A stretch of 64,000 nucleotides of DNA, taken from positions 1-64,000 of IMG/VR virus record IMGVR_UViG_3300027759_000056; one strand, 5' to 3'. Shown here piece after piece: positions 20,902 to 31,443 of the stretch (the first letter of the stretch is position 1; each line of letters starts with the position of its first letter). Under the pieces are notes generated by a model. That model did not search any database, had not been told where the DNA came from, and worked only from the letters and a program-made list of their open reading frames with translations. The DNA comes from a virus. The position numbers and the translations under genes are program-made.

Positions 20902-21723
20902 TTACGCCAACAAATGGTAATATTCTTTGAAGTGTTTAATTCTGTCAGGTAAACCTATGGTTCCACCATTAACTCTTTTTGTTACTGCCGTTACAGTAGC
21001 ATCGTCAGCTCCTTTATCAGAAATTGCATTTAATCCGTTCTTACTGAAGAACCAACCTGCAGATGCCAATGCGTATTTTGTGGCAACCAAATCAGGATTT
21101 GCTACAGTATCTTCACCGATTGATTTAGCGAAAGATGTGTAGTTTTCTTTCCCTGTTAATTGGATATAACCTCTACCTCTGAATTTATAACCTTCTTTAG
21201 TTTCTTCACCACCATTACCCATTCTACCACCATAAACTTTTGATGCGATTTTTTCAGGGTTTCTTGCGTAAGATTCCGCAATGTTACCAGGGAAATATTT
21301 TGGGAAAATCTTTTTAAGACCGTCAGCCGAATAGTTTAAGTTTTCTTGAGTTGCTTTGAATCCACCTGATTCGTGTCCACATTGTGCCAAGAAATGAGCC
21401 AATCTTAAAGGAGTGTTAATTTGGAATTTTTCCATTACTGTTGGAATCTGTGTGATTACTGCATCAGGTACATGTCCTTTTAATTTTTCCAAATTGATTG
21501 GACCACCTTTAGGAATTACAACATCTTCTTTGATTAACGTACCTAATCCAAGTTTCTCTAATGATGCTGGTCCGATGATTCCATCAGCCACCAATCCATT
21601 TTTTGTTTGCCATTCTTTAATTGATTTTTCAGTTCCAGGACCAAAGTTACCATCGGCAACTAATCCTAATTTTGCTTGAAGAGCTTTTACCTCTTCGCCT
21701 TTTGAGCCATTTTTTAATATCAT
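20902..21723 (-). CDS. endolysin: peptidoglycan-binding domain + GH19
   Basis: ADGNFGPGT repeats; FLAQCGHES..ENLNYS..RGRGYIQLTG..VNGG. Confidence 0.92.
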   Translation of the reverse strand: MILKNGSKGEEVKALQAKLGLVADGNFGPGTEKSIKEWQTKNGLVADGIIGPASLEKLGLGTLIKEDVVIPKGGPINLEKLKGHVPDAVITQIPTVMEKFQINTPLRLAHFLAQCGHESGGFKATQENLNYSADGLKKIFPKYFPGNIAESYARNPEKIASKVYGGRMGNGGEETKEGYKFRGRGYIQLTGKENYTSFAKSIGEDTVANPDLVATKYALASAGWFFSKNGLNAISDKGADDATVTAVTKRVNGGTIGLPDRIKHFKEYYHLLA

Positions 21724-21752
21724 AGTATCTTAGTTTTACTATAAATACCACT

Positions 21753-22466
21753 TTAAATGGATAGGTTAAAACCCATAGTAAAATTTTTAATATCGTTTTG
21801 TGCTCCTGTAATTATGAATGATTCAAATGATGTTGAGTAGTTTACCTTAATACTAAATTTTTTATTTAGGTCAAATAAAAATGTTGTTTTTGTATTGGTA
21901 ATATAATCTTTCTTATCCAAAAGGTTTGGTTGATAAAAACCCTCAAATGAGTATGATATTTTGTACTTTTCATTTTTTCCAAACAGTTGGATTCTTGGTG
22001 AAACTCTTAAACCTTTTCTATTTGTTAAATCACTATAATCATTATTAAAGTATAATGTTCCTAATGAAAAAGTACTTTCTAATAACTTTCTTTTGAAAAT
22101 TGTTTTACCATATCCAATACCTGCTTCAACACGCTGATTTACTTTCTTAGAGTATAGAGATGAAATTTGACCAAAAGAAAATATTGAATAATTTTCATCA
22201 ATAACTCTTGGTTGAACTCTCAATACAAAATCATTAATTAATTGGGTATTGTTATTTGTCATCATTTGATATGATGTAGATAATCCCGTTTCAAATTTTT
22301 TCCAACCTACGGAACTAAAAGAATTCAAAAGTATGTTGTCTTGTTTATTAGTATTGGCTTGACTAATACTTCCTGTTAAATCAAATGTAAATTTTGTTTT
22401 AATAGTGTCTTGACTAAAAAGTTGTAATGAGGATAATAAAAGTAAAAATAAAAATAATTGTTTCAT
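21753..22466 (-). CDS. DUF481-like outer-membrane beta-barrel
   Basis: signal peptide; alternating beta strands. Confidence 0.55.
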   Translation of the reverse strand: MKQLFLFLLLLSSLQLFSQDTIKTKFTFDLTGSISQANTNKQDNILLNSFSSVGWKKFETGLSTSYQMMTNNNTQLINDFVLRVQPRVIDENYSIFSFGQISSLYSKKVNQRVEAGIGYGKTIFKRKLLESTFSLGTLYFNNDYSDLTNRKGLRVSPRIQLFGKNEKYKISYSFEGFYQPNLLDKKDYITNTKTTFLFDLNKKFSIKVNYSTSFESFIITGAQNDIKNFTMGFNLSI

Positions 22467-22485
22467 ATTTGTAATTAGTGTAAAG

Positions 22486-23562
22486 TTAATTTCTGTAACC
22501 AGTCCTAACTAAATAATAATTAGAATTTCCTTTATTGGAAAGACCACTAAGTGTGATTGTTTGTACTCCAGGATACGTGGATTTAAGATTTGATGTTGAC
22601 GTATTTATGGTACTCCATTCTGATGAAGTAAATATTCTATAATCAACCATACCTGATTTCCAAGAACGACCAATTATTTTCATATAAATTGAATAAACAT
22701 CTGATATAGAAAGATTGTTATCATCATTAACATCCATTCTATAATAGTCACGAGAATTAAATGATTGTTGTAATACTTTTTGATTAAATGATTTTGCGTC
22801 ACTTACAATAGGTGATAAAATTGTTAATGTGTTAATTCGTAATTGGAAATCATATGAAGTGGCATCTCTTGTTGAACTTATACTATATTTCCCGTTGGCG
22901 TCTGTTGTTGTAGTACTCAATGAAGTGTATGTGGAACTTGTTTTTAATTTACTGTATAATTCTATTGGTACATTTTGAATTCCGACACCTTCTGAATTAT
23001 AAATGTAACCTGTATAACTAAATGGGTCGGTTGCTCCCACAATTCTTGTTTTAAAATCAAAAGTATTACCATAAGAATATGTTCCACATATTACAGGAGA
23101 ACCTGAATATTGCATTACAAATCTCATATACACTTCACCATTATATACTGAAGTTGGGACTGTAAATGTTGCACTTACCGTCTTAGTTCCATTCCATTGA
23201 TAATTTGAACTATGAACCAATTCACCAGCATCGGTTAAAACACCATTACCATTAAAATCAATCCATAGTTTGAAATATTCCATATAGTTACCATTAGTCA
23301 CCGCAGTGTATGATATTGTAATACTTTGTCCTGCTTTAATTCTTGGTACAGTATCTTTTGTATATGCATAATCATAATATCCGGCAGGACTTCCACCAGA
23401 TGTGTTACTAAAACCTTTACTACCGGCAAAAGTCCTTCCGTTTATCGTTACACTAGAAACATATTCACAACAAAAACTTGTAGGTCTACTAGCACACAAA
23501 GGTGACTGAGAATATGACTTCAAGGATATAAATAATGTCAATATGTATACAATCCACTTCAT
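22486..23562 (-). CDS. secreted GEVED-domain protein with dockerin-like motif
   Basis: WIDFNGNG..GE; DVNDDNNLSISD. Confidence 0.7.
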   Translation of the reverse strand: MKWIVYILTLFISLKSYSQSPLCASRPTSFCCEYVSSVTINGRTFAGSKGFSNTSGGSPAGYYDYAYTKDTVPRIKAGQSITISYTAVTNGNYMEYFKLWIDFNGNGVLTDAGELVHSSNYQWNGTKTVSATFTVPTSVYNGEVYMRFVMQYSGSPVICGTYSYGNTFDFKTRIVGATDPFSYTGYIYNSEGVGIQNVPIELYSKLKTSSTYTSLSTTTTDANGKYSISSTRDATSYDFQLRINTLTILSPIVSDAKSFNQKVLQQSFNSRDYYRMDVNDDNNLSISDVYSIYMKIIGRSWKSGMVDYRIFTSSEWSTINTSTSNLKSTYPGVQTITLSGLSNKGNSNYYLVRTGYRN

Positions 23563-24017
23563 TAAATTTTAGAAATACCGTCTTGTAAAGATTTTTTAAC
23601 TGCAGATGCAAAAACACTTTTTTCAAATGGTAAGTTCTCATCTTTCAATTCGGCAAAAGATGCTTTAACTGAAAGTTTTGCTGAACCCTCACCAACATAA
23701 ATTTTATCATTAAATAAAATTTCAGTTTTAACAATTGTGTTCTTTTTTCTAATCATAAATGGACCAAAATTGATACCAACAGTAGGAGCCTCAATTGAAG
23801 TGATATTAACCACAACAGGTTTTCCATCAATACAAATTGTAAACTTTTCACCTAACAATTCTTCAGTCATTTGTTTTATACCGAAAGTGAACCTTTTAGA
23901 TGAAAGGTCAGGGTTTTCAGTTTTGTTGTTAATTTCTTTGACTGTGTAACAGTCCTGTGCGTTTAGGTTGATTATACCCATGAGTATAATACCTAATAGT
24001 ATTATTGTGTTTTTCAT
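23562..24017 (-). CDS. secreted hypothetical protein
   Basis: signal peptide; C-terminus resembles that of 25976. Confidence 0.6.
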   Translation of the reverse strand: MKNTIILLGIILMGIINLNAQDCYTVKEINNKTENPDLSSKRFTFGIKQMTEELLGEKFTICIDGKPVVVNITSIEAPTVGINFGPFMIRKKNTIVKTEILFNDKIYVGEGSAKLSVKASFAELKDENLPFEKSVFASAVKKSLQDGISKI

Positions 24018-25609
24018 AACATTATTTTACCACCAGTTAATATCTGATAGTTTAAGAATTTATCCGAGTATTGATATGTTCCTGAGAAACTCACATTGAA
24101 TTTAAAGTTTTTGGAAATTGAATAATCCCAAGAACTAAATGGAACCAATAAGACTCCTGAACTCCACCATCTACCTTCGTAGAACTTTGTAAACGGTGAA
24201 TACACGGCTAACATTAATATATTTGCATTAACTTTCTTACCAACCTTAAACATATAAAAACCACCACCAACAGCTGATAAATTTGTGAACACTTCATCAC
24301 TCAAACTACCCACAGTAAAGTTAGCACCACCCATAAGTGACAATCTACCATATCTGTGAGATTCAAGTGCGGTTGTGGTATTAAATAAATTTTTTTCAAA
24401 ATCAACCATAGATGAGTTGGCAAATATTGCCGTATTTGTCTTCTTTTTATTTGTTAATGCGGTGTAAAATGTAAGATTTGAATTATTAATTGTTGTTGTA
24501 AAATTTAATAGAGCTCCTTTTGCTCTTGAATTGTCCGTATTTGACTTTGTCATGGACATAGTAGCCCTAAATTGGTTAGAATTGTCCTCAGCACTCCTAA
24601 TAACAACAATATCACCAGTTCCTATAATAGAACCTGTTTTTGCGGTAGTCTTTGAACTTGGTTTTCCACCACCTGAACTACTTGATTCCGCAGCATTTGC
24701 TACAGAATTGGTTGTTCCACCATTTCCACCCGATTTATTGTCTGTTGGAGTGGTTGTAGGGTCATTTTTGGGTTCTGCAGTACCATTTCCGCCAGAACCA
24801 CCTGAATTCCCCGTATTTGACCCTGAATTCCCCGTATTTCCACCATTTTGACCCGTATTTGACCCTGTGTTACCACCTGAATTCCCCGTATTTGACCCCG
24901 AATTCCCCGTATTTCCGTTATTTTGGGGTGTTTGAGGGTTAGTTGGTGGGTTTGTACCCGTATTTTCACCAGTTTGTGGTGTTTGGGGGTTATTTCCCGT
25001 TTGTGGCTCATTTTTGGGTGTTTGTGGCTCATTTTGGGGTGAATTTGAGCCAGAATTTGGGTTATTTTGACCGATATTTCCTGTACTTGTACCCGATTGG
25101 GTGTTATTACCCCCATTTTCGGTGGTATTTGTACCCGATTGGGTGTTATTTTTGTCATTTTTACCGTTTTTTCCCGAACCTTTCCCCGAACTTTCACCTG
25201 ATGATGAATTATCTACACTATTACTTAATCCACCTGAAGTTATATTTCCAACACTACTAGCAACCGTCATTGTAGATACTGCGGTTACAGAACTTAATGT
25301 TGAGATGATATTTTGTGTTATTATTGTATTTTGTGATACTTGTGTCTTTGTTTTGATTTCATCACAAGGTGCTGAGGCGTATTTGGTTGACAAATCACCT
25401 ACCCATCCTGCAAAATTACCATTATCAAAGTCATCTTTTGTGAATGTATTAACATAACCCAAATAATTTACGGTTACTGATGAATTGGCGTTAGGTATAT
25501 TAATTACCTTAAGTTTTTTTGAACAAGGGTCCACATACGAATATGTGAACCCCTGACCAAAACTGATAGAGGATACCAACAATAATAATATTGAGAATAT
25601 CCACTTCAT
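24014..25609 (-). CDS. secreted protein with G/N/T/P low-complexity linker and probable C-terminal beta-barrel
   Basis: 531 aa; GNTGNSG repeats. Confidence 0.7.
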   Translation of the reverse strand: MKWIFSILLLLVSSISFGQGFTYSYVDPCSKKLKVINIPNANSSVTVNYLGYVNTFTKDDFDNGNFAGWVGDLSTKYASAPCDEIKTKTQVSQNTIITQNIISTLSSVTAVSTMTVASSVGNITSGGLSNSVDNSSSGESSGKGSGKNGKNDKNNTQSGTNTTENGGNNTQSGTSTGNIGQNNPNSGSNSPQNEPQTPKNEPQTGNNPQTPQTGENTGTNPPTNPQTPQNNGNTGNSGSNTGNSGGNTGSNTGQNGGNTGNSGSNTGNSGGSGGNGTAEPKNDPTTTPTDNKSGGNGGTTNSVANAAESSSSGGGKPSSKTTAKTGSIIGTGDIVVIRSAEDNSNQFRATMSMTKSNTDNSRAKGALLNFTTTINNSNLTFYTALTNKKKTNTAIFANSSMVDFEKNLFNTTTALESHRYGRLSLMGGANFTVGSLSDEVFTNLSAVGGGFYMFKVGKKVNANILMLAVYSPFTKFYEGRWWSSGVLLVPFSSWDYSISKNFKFNVSFSGTYQYSDKFLNYQILTGGKIML

Positions 25610-25974
25610 TAATCTACTGATGTTACGTTAGATAAAGATTGACCATCTTCTTCGTCAACCTTTTGGATTAACATTTTGTCTCTGTCTTCAGAGTTGAACC
25701 AATAGTCAACAACTTTGTTCAAGTTACCAACAAACGCACCCAACAAGATTAATAATAATTCTTTCCAATCTTCACCAATTGTTATATTGAAGAATACCGC
25801 TGAGTTAATTCCAGCGATGATGAAAAAGAATAAGAATAAAATTGCTAAGGTAATATTCCATCTGTTATTTTGCATTTGTTGCAACATGAAATAGAATCTG
25901 TTCTTGTCTTCTACTTTTACATAATCAGGTTTACCTAAACCCAATGTGTTTTTAATTTTTTCTTTAATTGCCAT
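25609..25974 (-). CDS. 2-TM membrane protein
   Basis: two TM helices; VVDYWF. Confidence 0.65.
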   Translation of the reverse strand: MAIKEKIKNTLGLGKPDYVKVEDKNRFYFMLQQMQNNRWNITLAILFLFFFIIAGINSAVFFNITIGEDWKELLLILLGAFVGNLNKVVDYWFNSEDRDKMLIQKVDEEDGQSLSNVTSVD

Positions 25975-25975
25975 T

Positions 25976-26704
25976 TTAATTTTTGAATACTTCTTTTTTT
26001 ATCAACTTTTCTACCACTCTTACGGTAGATGTTTCCAATGCTTTTTTGGTTGATACACCCACAGTAGACTTGTTAAACTTTGGTCCTTCAATATCACCAA
26101 GAGTTGATGATGTTTTTGTCGTAACCGCCTTACCTTGTCCACTACCTGTGATAACCTCACCAGATTCTGCATCAACAAATCTAACTTGTAAACCAAGTTG
26201 TGTAATTTGTTTGATTGTAACACCTGATGTTTCAACCACCTCATCTTCACCTACAGAAAAGTCATAAACTTCAATGTAGACGAAATACTTAGCTAACTTA
26301 ATCTTACCTTTACCATCAACTTTGTTTTCAGTAAAACCTTTGTTAGACGCTTTGAATTGGTTCACCATTCTCTCTTTTATTTCCAACTTGTCTTCAGTGA
26401 AAACAAATCTTCCAGTCTGTTCCAAATATTCTAATACAATATTTGTAACACCCAAACCAACTCTTGCATCTTTTAATTCAGGATACATCTCATACACCTC
26501 ATCGTTAATACCAATCTTTAAGATTTGAATTGGAATCTGAATTGTGTCTGTGTATGGAGGTAATGAATCCAAAGATTTTTTCTTTTCAAAGCCTGCGGTA
26601 TATTCCTCAGTTTTAACTGAACCTATTTGTGCGTTACACTCTTTAGGTGTTCCACAACTAAATAAAAATAAAGTTAAACCTATTAGTATATTACCAAGGC
26701 GCAT
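25976..26704 (-). CDS. CsgG/HfaB-family lipoprotein
   Basis: lipobox LFSC; LEQTGRF; VRFVDAESGEVI. Confidence 0.7.
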   Translation of the reverse strand: MRLGNILIGLTLFLFSCGTPKECNAQIGSVKTEEYTAGFEKKKSLDSLPPYTDTIQIPIQILKIGINDEVYEMYPELKDARVGLGVTNIVLEYLEQTGRFVFTEDKLEIKERMVNQFKASNKGFTENKVDGKGKIKLAKYFVYIEVYDFSVGEDEVVETSGVTIKQITQLGLQVRFVDAESGEVITGSGQGKAVTTKTSSTLGDIEGPKFNKSTVGVSTKKALETSTVRVVEKLIKKEVFKN

Positions 26705-27023
26705 CTTCAGTTTCGCTTTTCTTTGCCGGTTTAGATTCTGCAGGTGCCGCTTGTTTTTCTACAACAGTTCTTTCTTTGATAACTGTGTTAGTTCCACCAC
26801 CGCCAGCAGTGTTCTTTGACGAATTGTCAACACTTAAATTGATTACAGGTGCCGCCGCTGGGGCTTGTTCTGTTTTAGGTTTTTCTTCGTCATCACCACC
26901 ACCGAATAATGTTGATGTGAACCATGCTCCACCAGCCGTAACCGCGGTAGCAATTGCTCCGATAATGGTTTTTTTCAAACTAGACCAAGTACCGTCATTT
27001 GTTTCTTCTGTTTCTTCACTCAT
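26691..27023 (-). CDS. membrane-anchored hypothetical protein
   Basis: TM helix followed by low-complexity tail. Confidence 0.6.
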   Translation of the reverse strand: MSEETEETNDGTWSSLKKTIIGAIATAVTAGGAWFTSTLFGGGDDEEKPKTEQAPAAAPVINLSVDNSSKNTAGGGGTNTVIKERTVVEKQAAPAESKPAKKSETEDAPW

Positions 27024-27113
27024 TTTGTTTTGTATTTTATTTTGGTTTATTTTATTTTTCGGCTATTGGGGGTCAGTGACCCCCGTGTATTAATTAGTTT
27101 TAACTGTTGTGTA

Positions 27114-29006
27114 TTAGTTAGTTTTAACTGCTCTTTTTACTTCTATCTCTTCTTCTTTTTTCAAAACTGCCAAGTACATTCCATCAGATAAGTCTGACAT
27201 ATCAACTGTGTAAGTGTATTTTCCTGAAGGAGTCATATCACCCATTACACTTTTAACTTCTCTTCCTGTTGCATCAATAATACTTAAAGTTGTATTACCT
27301 TGTTGTTTTATGTTGAAAGAAATTGTTAAATTTGATGTAAATGGATTTGGATAAAGTTCCATATCATTACCAACGTAAACGTGTCCACCCATTCTGAATA
27401 CCTGAACAATACCATCAGTAGGTGTAATGTTTAAATCAATTGCGTCTTTGTTACCAGCAAATTTTCTTGTAACATATAATGGACTTACTCCCCATTGACT
27501 TTGAGGTTTCTTTGCAGAAAATTGAAGTGTGTAAATTAACTCACCATCATTGAATAAGTTGACGTTATTAGTTGGGTCATACCCACCCCATTCAACTTTG
27601 TTCTCTGATGTGTTTATGTATGATAACCATAAAGAAGATTTCAATTCGTTTTTAACGCTTTTGAATTCCAACAATGAAGTATCGTATTTAATCATCAATT
27701 GTAATGCTCCAACGTTGATACCACCAGTCTTTAATCTAACTGGAATGTTTACCAAGTTTCCATCATCAACTTTTAACAGAGGTAAATTAACTTCTATTGT
27801 TTCAAGAATGTTGTCATATTGTGTTGTAACATCAATGATGTGTTTTTTAGCATTTGCAGGATTAACAATTTCAATTGGAGTCATACGAGCTCTGTTGTAA
27901 CCAGTTCCGTTAACGTCACCCATACCTAATACATAATAAGTTACAGAGTCAGGTTGACCTGCGATGATTTGGAATGTGAAGTTTGTTACACCAGGAACTG
28001 TAGATTGTTTACTTGAACTTGAACCGTTAACTGAACTATATTGACTTTCAGTGAAGAACAAGATGTCTTTTCTACTGTTAGCCCAAGAAGTGAATCTTCC
28101 TGAAACTCTTGCGTAAATTCCATAAACGTCTGATACAGTGATTTTATCATCGTTGTTTACGTCAGTAGAATAGAAATCAAATCCAGATGGTGTTAAAGTT
28201 CCTAACACAAATTTGTTAGCTCTTTGTGCATCTGCAGTTGAAACAATTGCTCCCACACCCATCGTATCACCTTTAACCGCGATTCTAACATCCCAAGCAG
28301 TTGTATCAATTTCCACATTAGTAAAATTGAATCTACCTTGAGTATTAGTAACCGATGTTTGAACATAAGACCAAGTTGAAGATGTTTTTAATTTCTTCTC
28401 TAAAGATACACTTAGGTTTTTAGATGCAGTTCCTGTTACGTTAACAAACTTTCCTTTAAACGACATAACTTGTGGTTTAAATTTACCACCAAAGTTTTTA
28501 AGTGTTAAAGTGTAGTCAAGACCTGATTGAGTTGTTGCTGTTTCAGGAAAAGACGCTGTACCAGTAAACTTCATGTCGGTCACACTCAAATATGTTGTTG
28601 AAAGTGCTGTTGTGTGTTTTAATGTAACTTGAAATAATCTACCATCGGGAATAGTAAAAGAACTATTAGTTCCTGTGTAAACCATTGTGATTGTTACATA
28701 ACCACCAGCCGCATTGTCAACATATTGTAAGTCTTGTGAAAATGACGTGTTCATAGATGTTACGGTGTCAACTTTAGCAAAAGCCGCATTGTCGTAAAAC
28801 ACTCTATATTGAACTGCGGTAATGTTTGTTGATGTGTTGTTGTAAAAACACAATCCTATATTTGTTTTCCCAGACCTATAGGTACCTGTTTGATAGGTTG
28901 AGTCCAACATAATGTGAGCACCCGTGGTACTTGGAGTTGGACATGTTTGCGCAAAACCTATCACTGAAGCGCAAATTGTGATTAATGACGTAAGAAGTCT
29001 TTTCAT
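27114..29006 (-). CDS. cohesin/dockerin-like protein with T9SS C-terminal sorting domain
   Basis: DVNNDDKITVSD; VNIPV..ALQLMIKYD; LYPNPF..GMYLAVL. Confidence 0.75.
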   Translation of the reverse strand: MKRLLTSLITICASVIGFAQTCPTPSTTGAHIMLDSTYQTGTYRSGKTNIGLCFYNNTSTNITAVQYRVFYDNAAFAKVDTVTSMNTSFSQDLQYVDNAAGGYVTITMVYTGTNSSFTIPDGRLFQVTLKHTTALSTTYLSVTDMKFTGTASFPETATTQSGLDYTLTLKNFGGKFKPQVMSFKGKFVNVTGTASKNLSVSLEKKLKTSSTWSYVQTSVTNTQGRFNFTNVEIDTTAWDVRIAVKGDTMGVGAIVSTADAQRANKFVLGTLTPSGFDFYSTDVNNDDKITVSDVYGIYARVSGRFTSWANSRKDILFFTESQYSSVNGSSSSKQSTVPGVTNFTFQIIAGQPDSVTYYVLGMGDVNGTGYNRARMTPIEIVNPANAKKHIIDVTTQYDNILETIEVNLPLLKVDDGNLVNIPVRLKTGGINVGALQLMIKYDTSLLEFKSVKNELKSSLWLSYINTSENKVEWGGYDPTNNVNLFNDGELIYTLQFSAKKPQSQWGVSPLYVTRKFAGNKDAIDLNITPTDGIVQVFRMGGHVYVGNDMELYPNPFTSNLTISFNIKQQGNTTLSIIDATGREVKSVMGDMTPSGKYTYTVDMSDLSDGMYLAVLKKEEEIEVKRAVKTN

Positions 29007-29032
29007 ATTGTAATATCTTGGTATATATAAAT

Positions 29033-29488
29033 ATGGTTAAGCGTCTTCTAGTATTACTTTTTATTCTATCATCAACAAATTTGTTTGGACAAATAAAGAT
29101 TGCCCCCGTTGAGTTTTTATGGGTAAAACGAGTGGACTCTGCTTTAACTATTATTAAAACCTATGATAAAAGTGCTTATGATACACTTACAAAGTATTGT
29201 ACCAACATTGGTTTTTGGAATGGGAAATATTCTTCTATTGATGGAATTAATGAAATCTTAATAACAAAAAATGATGTGTTATCAGGTTCGTTAAATAATA
29301 TAGCCGCGGTGATTGTCCATGAATCAAAACATTTACAATACGTTAACAATAATATTTTGATACCATTAAGTGTTGAAGAGATTGAATGTTTTACATATGA
29401 AAAAAACTTTTTATTAAAAATACCAAATGTTGAATTATGGTTGATTAACAATACTGAAAAAGAAATAAAAAGGTTTCAGGGTAACTAA
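29033..29488 (+). CDS. secreted HExxH metallopeptidase-like protein
   Basis: IVHESKH..EE. Confidence 0.55.
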   Translation: MVKRLLVLLFILSSTNLFGQIKIAPVEFLWVKRVDSALTIIKTYDKSAYDTLTKYCTNIGFWNGKYSSIDGINEILITKNDVLSGSLNNIAAVIVHESKHLQYVNNNILIPLSVEEIECFTYEKNFLLKIPNVELWLINNTEKEIKRFQGN

Positions 29489-29500
29489 GTATTTATATAT

Positions 29501-30601
29501 ATGTTTGATTTATTAACAGAAGTAAAAAAAATGAAAACAATGATGGGTCTTATTAAAGAAGACCAAGATTTGGAATCCATTAACAAACACGCACAAAATA
29601 TTCTGAATATTCTAAAATTCAGTAATTTATACTCATCAACAATTAAAAAACTTATTGATAAAATTATTAAATTTGGTGAAACCAACATTATTGATTTTGA
29701 TTTGATTGAAAAAAATCTTAAAAATATAATGTTAAAAAAAGGTAACCGTAAGAAAAATGTTGAGGATTATTTTTTAAGAATATTTACATCATTAGAGTTT
29801 AGAGAAAAAGGTATTTACGGTATTGAACCCGAAAGTGAAGATTTTGGTTCTAGTATTGAAGACGTTTCAATAGTACCTAAAAAAATCTTTAATAAAGAAT
29901 TATACGGATTACAAGTTGAATTAATTAAATTACAAGATTGGTTAGCTGAAACAGGTAAAACCGTTCTTATTGTTTTTGAAGGTAGAGACAGTGCTGGTAA
30001 AGGTTCATCAATTAAAAAATTTACAGAAAACATGAATCCAAAAGGATTCAAAGTAATTCAACTTGGAATTCCAACACCTGAGGATAGAGCTGATTGGTGG
30101 GGTAGATATAGAAAACAAATTGAACCGGGTAAAATTAATTTATTTGATAGAAGTTGGTACAATAGAGGTTTAGTTGAACCAGTTGCTGGTTATGGTACTC
30201 CTGAAGAATACGAAGACTTTATGGAAAACGTTGAAAACTTTGAAAACTCATTGGTTGAAAATGGTGATTTCCTTTTCAAACTTTGGTTTTCAATCGATAA
30301 AGAAACCATGGCAAAAAGATTTAAACAAAGATTAAGTTCACCATTAAAGAAATGGAAATATTCACCTAACGATGAAAAGATGTTAGATTTATGGGATAGA
30401 TTCACTGAATTCAAAGAAAAATTATTTGACAAAACATCAACAGTAAACCACCCTTGGGTTATATTGGATTCATCAGATAAAAGAGTATCAGGATTAAACT
30501 CCATAAGATATGTTTTACAGAACATACCATACAAAGGGAAAAATAAAGAATTCTTAAGTAAAGAATATCCCGAAGCATTAACAATATTAAAACCAGAATA
30601 A
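29501..30601 (+). CDS. ppk2: polyphosphate kinase 2 with N-terminal phage extension
   Basis: FEGRDSAGKG, FDRSWYNR, PLKKWKYSPND. Confidence 0.92.
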   Translation: MFDLLTEVKKMKTMMGLIKEDQDLESINKHAQNILNILKFSNLYSSTIKKLIDKIIKFGETNIIDFDLIEKNLKNIMLKKGNRKKNVEDYFLRIFTSLEFREKGIYGIEPESEDFGSSIEDVSIVPKKIFNKELYGLQVELIKLQDWLAETGKTVLIVFEGRDSAGKGSSIKKFTENMNPKGFKVIQLGIPTPEDRADWWGRYRKQIEPGKINLFDRSWYNRGLVEPVAGYGTPEEYEDFMENVENFENSLVENGDFLFKLWFSIDKETMAKRFKQRLSSPLKKWKYSPNDEKMLDLWDRFTEFKEKLFDKTSTVNHPWVILDSSDKRVSGLNSIRYVLQNIPYKGKNKEFLSKEYPEALTILKPE

Positions 30602-31392
30602 TGAAAGATTTTATCCGTTATATATTAAAAGAAAACTTACCAAAAAAAGGTATTGTAATAAAAGAAGGTGTTGAAATCTCAGAAGGGTTAAAATACCATA
30701 GAGAATATGATTTACCATTAGTTGAAAATGTATATAGACCATTTTCTGATGAATATTTTTCATTGATAAATGAAGCTCGTGGTCTTTGGAAAAATGGTTT
30801 AGTAGAGCTTTGTGAAGATGATGAATGGTTATTAAAAACCGATATTGGAAAAACAGGAATATTTGAAGGTGAGGAGGTTTGGTTAGATATTCCATTTTTA
30901 GATGAGTCAGAACTTGATGAAATAGGATTACATTCATCAGGAGTAGAATCGTTTTTAGAAAAATTAAAAGAAAATCCTGAGTATATTGATAAGTTAGGTT
31001 TTGATTCATTATCAGATATTAAACATTATATTCATAAAAATGGTATCTCCGATTGGGAAGAATTAAGAAGTGAATTAAATGATTTAATGGGTGAATCAAT
31101 TAATGAAGCTGAATATAAAGGTAGAAAAGTTAATTTAAATTCACCATTTAGAACTTCAGGTGGACCAAAGAAATTTGCTGTATATGTAAAAGCACCAAGT
31201 GGTAATGTTAAAATTGTTAGATTTGGTGACCCAAATTTAAGAGTTAGAAATAATAACCCTGGAGCAAGAAAAAGTTTTAGAGCACGTCACAAATGTGATA
31301 CAAAACATGACAAAACCAAAGCAGGTTATTGGGCTTGTAACGTTGCTAGATATAGAAAGAAATTAGGGATTAAATCTTCATCTCCTTGGTAA
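30601..31392 (+). CDS. conserved phage protein
   Basis: C-terminal KKFAVYV..VRFGD..ARKSFRARHKC..AGYWAC. Confidence 0.7.
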   Translation: MKDFIRYILKENLPKKGIVIKEGVEISEGLKYHREYDLPLVENVYRPFSDEYFSLINEARGLWKNGLVELCEDDEWLLKTDIGKTGIFEGEEVWLDIPFLDESELDEIGLHSSGVESFLEKLKENPEYIDKLGFDSLSDIKHYIHKNGISDWEELRSELNDLMGESINEAEYKGRKVNLNSPFRTSGGPKKFAVYVKAPSGNVKIVRFGDPNLRVRNNNPGARKSFRARHKCDTKHDKTKAGYWACNVARYRKKLGIKSSSPW

Positions 31393-31443
31393 TTTAATAT
31401 TAATATAATATTCTCAAACATTCCATTTCCTATTTATAGTTGT

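Noticed and set aside
24531-27093. Opposite-strand and alternative-frame ORFs in the CsgG cluster
   Set aside because: Shadows of low-complexity coding sequence.
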